DNA of 64,000 nt from positions 512,001-576,000 of the forward strand of contig OZ245842.1 of NCBI GenBank assembly GCA_965228895.1, given 5' to 3'. Source of the DNA: Alphaproteobacteria bacterium. Lineage in GTDB: Bacteria; Pseudomonadota; Alphaproteobacteria; SP197. Under the pieces are notes generated by a model. That model did no database searches. It worked only from the letters and a program-made list of their open reading frames with translations, and was not told the origin of the DNA. Made by a program: the position numbers and the translations under genes. Of the stretch, positions 59,580 through 64,000 are shown piece after piece. The number at the start of each line of letters is the position of its first letter. Position 1 is the first letter of the stretch.

Positions 59580-59807
59580 ATGACGGACGACGGCATCAGA
59601 CTGCTTGCGGCTGCCCTTGCATTGCTGCCGCTCTTTGGCGTCGCGCTCGCGTTGGGCAAGATCTTCTCTGATTGGATTTCCTCCGTCGCACGCAATCCCG
59701 GTGCTGGCGAGAAAGTCCAGCCGGTGGGATTGCTCGGTTTCGCACTGACCGAAGCGATTGCGCTCTTTGCACTGATTGTCTCGTTCATCATCCTGTTCGT
59801 GGGGTGA
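59580..59807 (+). CDS. atpE: F0 ATP synthase subunit c (orphan copy)
   Basis: ARNP loop, GFALTEAIALF (carboxylate Glu); AAAGGA RBS. Confidence 0.92.
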   Translation: MTDDGIRLLAAALALLPLFGVALALGKIFSDWISSVARNPGAGEKVQPVGLLGFALTEAIALFALIVSFIILFVG

Positions 59808-59897
59808 CATTTCTGTAGGCATGACGTGAAGATCGTTTCGCGACAAGACCGACTTGTGAACCGCCCATGCCGTCGAATCGGCTGAAACGCCGATCTC

Positions 59898-59922
59898 GCT
59901 TTCCATAATGCTTATGGGGCTG
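59898..59922. other. Possible broken dif-like site (copy D)
   Basis: GCTTTCCATAA-TGC-TTATGGGGCTG aligns to copy C with 3 bp of the spacer missing. Confidence 0.35.
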
Positions 59923-60145
59923 ACCTTCCCACACATCCGGTTCTGACCTGACACGGACTTGGGCAACGGTTCCCTGCTAATTTGGCAGAAAGAATGACAA
60001 ATTTGTGGCCGGTGATTACCATGCTGCCTCTGTCCTGGGAGACAGTACGGCAATTGGTCGGCCTCCCTTGACTGGTTCAATGTTAGCGCGAGTGCATGGC
60101 CGGCCCGTTGATCCCGTTCATAACGATGAATAGGAGGAGGTAACC

Positions 60146-61267
60146 ATGACAACACGCGATCCCGTAGACCAACTTCTGTCTGGTCGAATGGACCGGCGCA
60201 CGCTCAGCAAGACGCTCGGCTCGCTTGGCATCGGCGTTGCAGCCATGCCACTCGTAACACAGGAAGTACGGGCCGAAGAGGAGGAGGCCAACTTCTTCAC
60301 CTGGGCTGGTTATGAGAACCCAATGTTCCATCAGACCTATATTGACAAATATGGTGTCTCGCCCAACGTCACGTTCTTCGGTGGCACCACCGAAGCCAAG
60401 AACAAGATTCTTGCCGGGTACAAGACCGACATTGGTCACCCCTGTTCGGGCGGTGTTACGGAGTGGTATGCGTCCGGCATTATCGTCCCGTTCGATACCG
60501 GCCGGATGAAGTTCTGGAATGACTACTTTGAGCCTCTCAGGAACATCAACTCAACCCTGACGCCGGAAGGCGATCATCTGTTTGTTCCGTGGGACTGGGG
60601 CAATTCATCGATCCTCTACCGCACCGATCTCGTGGAGATCGAGGAAGAATCCTGGGGCCTGCTGTTTGACGAGCGGTACAAGGGCAAGCTTGCGACCTAC
60701 GATTCACCGCAGGCCGGTGTGCAAGTCGCCGCTCAGGTCCTCGGCTTTACGAACCTCGAATCCCTGAGCGACGAGCAACTCGCTGAAGTCAGGACGCTCT
60801 TGGAAAAGCAGCGTTCGCTTTTGCGGTTCTATTGGGAGAGCCAGTCCGAGGCCGGTCAGGCCATGGTCGCCGGCGAGTTGGTTGCGACCTACGCCTGGAA
60901 CGATCTCTACAAGACGGTGACCGATGCGGGGATCCCTGTGACCTATATGTCGCCTAAAGAAGGCGCGCGCAACTGGGTTTGCGGCTTCGTGCTGACCGCC
61001 CCGGAGAACCGGGTTGCCAGCGACGAGCGTGTCTACGACTTCCTCGACGCCATGATGTCGCCGGAAGCCGGCGCCTTCTTGATCGACGAGTACAGCTACG
61101 GCGCAGCCAACAGCAAGTCCTTTGACCTGGTTCCGCCCGAGCGCGTTGCGGAGGTCGGTCTGTCCGATCCCGAAGCCTTCTTGGCGAAGGGCATCCTGCA
61201 GCCCATACCGCCCGAATACGACGAGAAGTACGTCAATCTCTGGGAAGAGGTGAAACTCGGCATGTAG
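60146..61267 (+). CDS. PotD/PotF-like ABC substrate-binding protein (no adjacent permeases)
   Basis: DRRTL signal, FFTWAGYE, PWDWG, SWGLLFDERYKGK, PKEG; AGGAGGAGG RBS. Confidence 0.87.
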   Translation: MTTRDPVDQLLSGRMDRRTLSKTLGSLGIGVAAMPLVTQEVRAEEEEANFFTWAGYENPMFHQTYIDKYGVSPNVTFFGGTTEAKNKILAGYKTDIGHPCSGGVTEWYASGIIVPFDTGRMKFWNDYFEPLRNINSTLTPEGDHLFVPWDWGNSSILYRTDLVEIEEESWGLLFDERYKGKLATYDSPQAGVQVAAQVLGFTNLESLSDEQLAEVRTLLEKQRSLLRFYWESQSEAGQAMVAGELVATYAWNDLYKTVTDAGIPVTYMSPKEGARNWVCGFVLTAPENRVASDERVYDFLDAMMSPEAGAFLIDEYSYGAANSKSFDLVPPERVAEVGLSDPEAFLAKGILQPIPPEYDEKYVNLWEEVKLGM

Positions 61268-61367
61268 CGCCGATGTTGTACACACTGCCGGGCGTGCGCA
61301 GAGCGGGTCCGGCGGTGTGTGCCGTTCCAAATCGCAATGACGTCGTTCAACGCCGTTTGCCTGTCGA

Positions 61368-63098
61368 TCATCGACCGATAGCGTAGGCGTCCCGTCGCGG
61401 GTCGGCACCGCCGGTGAGCAGACTGGTCTCAGGATCGACCGTGATGGCCGACATCACGCCCATATCCATGGGTTCCCAATCTTCGACCCGGCGAACGTCG
61501 TGTCCCCTGTTCGAGAGTTCATCGGTCACATCCGTCTCAATGCGGCTCTCGACGTGCAGACGGCCCGGCAGATAATCGTGCGGCCAGAAGGAGTCGGGGA
61601 AACTCCAGGTCGTGAACCGTGGCGCCTCGATGGCGGTCTGGGCGTTCATGCCGAACACGGCGATGTTCAGGAACGTCTGGACCATGGCCTGGCACTGGGC
61701 ATCGCCACCGGGACAACCAAACGGCATGAACAGCTTGCCGTCTTTGAACGCCATGGCGGGGTTGGGTGTCAGTCGAGGCCGCTTCCAAGGCTCGAGCTTC
61801 GACGCGTGGTTTTCGTCGAGCCACGTCTGCGTGCCCCGACCGGAGAGACTGAAACCGAGTTCCGGCACGATGGGTGCGCGTGTGTTCGCATCGCTCGGCG
61901 TGGCCGAGAAGGCGTTTCCCCAGCGATCGACGACACAGGTGTAGCTGGTATCGGTTTCGCGTTCGCGAAAGCTCTGCCCTGAGCGCGGTTCCGGTCGACC
62001 CCACGGCGTCATGTCGTTAATGAGGCCTGGGGCCGGCATCTCTCCGAACGCCTGGTGCATGTCTATCTGCCCACGTCGGCTGCGTGTGTATTCCGGCGTC
62101 ATCAAAGCGTCCATCGGCACGTCGACCATGTCGGGATCGCCGAAGTAATAGTCCCGATCGGAGAAGCTCAGGTTCATGGCTTCGGACAGCAGATGAATGT
62201 AGTCCGCGCTGTTGTGTCCGAGCGCGGCGAGGTCGTCATGCTCCAGCATCTGCAGGGTCTGCGGCACGACCGGCCCCTGACACCAGGGCCCGCAGGCAAA
62301 GATCTCGTAGTCATGAAAGGTGCCGCGCACATGGGGCTCTTCCTTGACCGAAAAGTCACGAAAGTCCTCCAGCCTGAGCAGGCCGCCTTGTTCTTCGCTG
62401 TAACGCGCCATCTCCTGGGCGATGTCGCCGCGATAGAATTCGTCCCGGGCGGCCCGAATAGCCGCCTCGCGGCCTTGCGCCGCATGCTTGCGCTCGACAT
62501 CGATCAACCGTTCGAAGGTGCGCGCCAGCGCCGGCTGGACGATGAGTGTGCCTGCCGGAGGCACCTCTCCGTCGCGCAAGTATGTCTCCCGGTTGGCGGG
62601 CCAACGGCTGATGGCGTCAACTTCGCCCACGAGCTGGTTGCGCACGACCGTTGAGAGGGCGTAGCCGTCCCACGCTATTTCCAGCGCCGGTGTCAGGACT
62701 TCTTCCAACGTCATGGTGCCGTAGTTTTGCAGCGCGGTGAGCCATGCATCGGGTGCTGCCGGCACCACCGCACGGCGGATGTCCGCGGGCAAGTCGCCTG
62801 CGCAGTTGTCCTTGAAAAACGCGATGCTCGCTGCCTTCGGCCAGCGGCCGAGCCCGCTGATCGTGGTCACGGCGCGACGGTCAGCGAGGTAGATCATGAT
62901 GGGCGCGACGCCGCCGAAGTTCGTGTTGTCGCCCAGCACCACGTTGATCACGATGCCGGAGGCGACACCCGCATCCACCGCGTTGCCGCCTTGCTCCAGC
63001 AACCGGTAACCCGCCGCTGCCGACAACGGATGGCCCGAACTGATAACATGGTGCGTGCCCATGACCGGCGGGCGATGCGAACCATAGGTCGTTGTCAT
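61368..63098 (-). CDS. Gamma-glutamyltransferase family Ntn-hydrolase
   Basis: GGNAVDAGVA, DTSYTCVVD (Thr nucleophile), RPRLTPNP, PGGDAQ, ADPRR. ORF track start 63176. Confidence 0.88.
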   Translation of the reverse strand: MTTTYGSHRPPVMGTHHVISSGHPLSAAAGYRLLEQGGNAVDAGVASGIVINVVLGDNTNFGGVAPIMIYLADRRAVTTISGLGRWPKAASIAFFKDNCAGDLPADIRRAVVPAAPDAWLTALQNYGTMTLEEVLTPALEIAWDGYALSTVVRNQLVGEVDAISRWPANRETYLRDGEVPPAGTLIVQPALARTFERLIDVERKHAAQGREAAIRAARDEFYRGDIAQEMARYSEEQGGLLRLEDFRDFSVKEEPHVRGTFHDYEIFACGPWCQGPVVPQTLQMLEHDDLAALGHNSADYIHLLSEAMNLSFSDRDYYFGDPDMVDVPMDALMTPEYTRSRRGQIDMHQAFGEMPAPGLINDMTPWGRPEPRSGQSFRERETDTSYTCVVDRWGNAFSATPSDANTRAPIVPELGFSLSGRGTQTWLDENHASKLEPWKRPRLTPNPAMAFKDGKLFMPFGCPGGDAQCQAMVQTFLNIAVFGMNAQTAIEAPRFTTWSFPDSFWPHDYLPGRLHVESRIETDVTDELSNRGHDVRRVEDWEPMDMGVMSAITVDPETSLLTGGADPRRDAYAIGR

Positions 63099-63242
63099 AG
63101 GTCGAGTTCCCCGCATGTGTTGGGTGGCGGCATCGGTCTTGTCAAACCAGGTTGGCTTGGGTTGGCCAGGGGTCACGCGTCGCCGGTGAGCATGCGCAAT
63201 CCCTGCCTCGACTTCAACAGCGCACGATAGAACGGATTGTGG

Positions 63243-64000
63243 TCAAGCTTGGAACGGCGTTGAATCGAGAAAACGCTGCAGCACGTTCGCGGTGATTGTG
63301 GATACGTTGTTCTCATAATTGCTGTGACACAGGCCGTCGCACCAGGAGATGGAGCCGGTGGAAAACACGGCGCCGCCGGCCGGCGTTTCAAAGAACACCA
63401 TGTCTGCTCGGACTAGGGGTGAGTTCTCGCCGTTGATGTCGGCGGTCAGATGGTAAAACTCTTCGGGCACCGTGAGATAGCTGGCAGAAAGATGGGTGGC
63501 GTTGGCGACAACCAGCGCATGCGGTGGCGTGCCCAACGCCGCATCGGCGCGGTCGAGCTCCGCGCCCGCGGCGCCGCCCAGGGCAAAACCAAAATCGCCG
63601 ATCCTCTCGTTCTCGCCGACGCCTTCGAAGATCCACGCGGCTCTTGGGTCGAAACTCGCCTCGGTGCGCTCGTAGTAAGAGGCGGAGTCGAACCCACATG
63701 CCGTGTAGCCCACACCCAGCAGTTCCTGCGGCGTGCGGCCATTGCGCCGCCACAGACCGGAGAGCTCTCCCGTCGACGCCAGGTGATATTCACCGGGCTC
63801 CGCGATCCAGTTTCTGCCGCCGTCCTCGGCCCGGCGCATCTCGATGAGGCCGGAATCTTCGGGATGGTAGGCGATCTTCCAATAGAATCCGTTCGCACCG
63901 AGATACATGAACCGGCCACCTTGCTCGAGGTAGGCGAGTATCGCATCCGACATGGACTGTGAGGTGTACTCCGGGTGGCTGCCCGAGATGACACAGCGGT
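63243..64000 (-). CDS. N,N-dimethylformamidase large-subunit family (5' partial)
   Basis: Frame open to the window end: SGSHPEY, YLGANGFYW, IEMRRAE, GLWRRNGR, GAVFSTGSISW. Confidence 0.85.
   Translation of the reverse strand, partial: RCVISGSHPEYTSQSMSDAILAYLEQGGRFMYLGANGFYWKIAYHPEDSGLIEMRRAEDGGRNWIAEPGEYHLASTGELSGLWRRNGRTPQELLGVGYTACGFDSASYYERTEASFDPRAAWIFEGVGENERIGDFGFALGGAAGAELDRADAALGTPPHALVVANATHLSASYLTVPEEFYHLTADINGENSPLVRADMVFFETPAGGAVFSTGSISWCDGLCHSNYENNVSTITANVLQRFLDSTPFQA

Noticed and set aside
58773-59807. N-ATPase (Na+-pumping) operon
   Set aside because: Lacks atpD, C, Q, R, F, A and G, and the c subunit lacks Na+-binding residues.

Overview
High-GC, Alphaproteobacteria-like accessory region with no housekeeping core, rRNA, intact tRNA or CRISPR. 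It is built from modules. (1) 1-14.8 kb: amine/betaine-type catabolic genes (BesD-family 2OG oxygenase, SBP, mmsB, ALDH, MJ0158-like PLP enzyme, D-glutamate-cyclase domain, non-Pyl MttB, GcvT-type oxidoreductase, LysR, class III aminotransferase, DHDPS family). (2) 15.3-23.6 kb: hypB-hypA plus a two-subunit ureohydrolase that I recognise from memory as metformin/dimethylguanidine hydrolase-like (MfmAB/DmgH), a Pot-type ABC transporter and TetR. (3) 23.6-25.8 kb: decayed DNA (two pseudogenes, IS6 remnant). (4) 25.8-49.7 kb: large catabolic cluster for an unknown, probably N-methylated substrate (DddP-like M24, AcnX, Rieske, two flavin oxidoreductases, CoA module, OCD, FrhB-like). (5) 49.9-59.8 kb: Mrp Na+/H+ antiporter, DUF465, Usp, an OxyR paralog lacking the peroxidatic Cys, and an orphan atpB-atpE pair; their promoters share an operator motif. 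(6) 60-64 kb: SBP, GGT and partial dimethylformamidase. The module junctions (about 15.0, 25.5, 49.8 and possibly 59.9 kb) carry degenerate dif-like (XerC/D) sites, three of them fused to a conserved element-end motif. The best candidates for undescribed biology are module 5 and this dif-bounded architecture. Family assignments come from motif recognition, not database searches.
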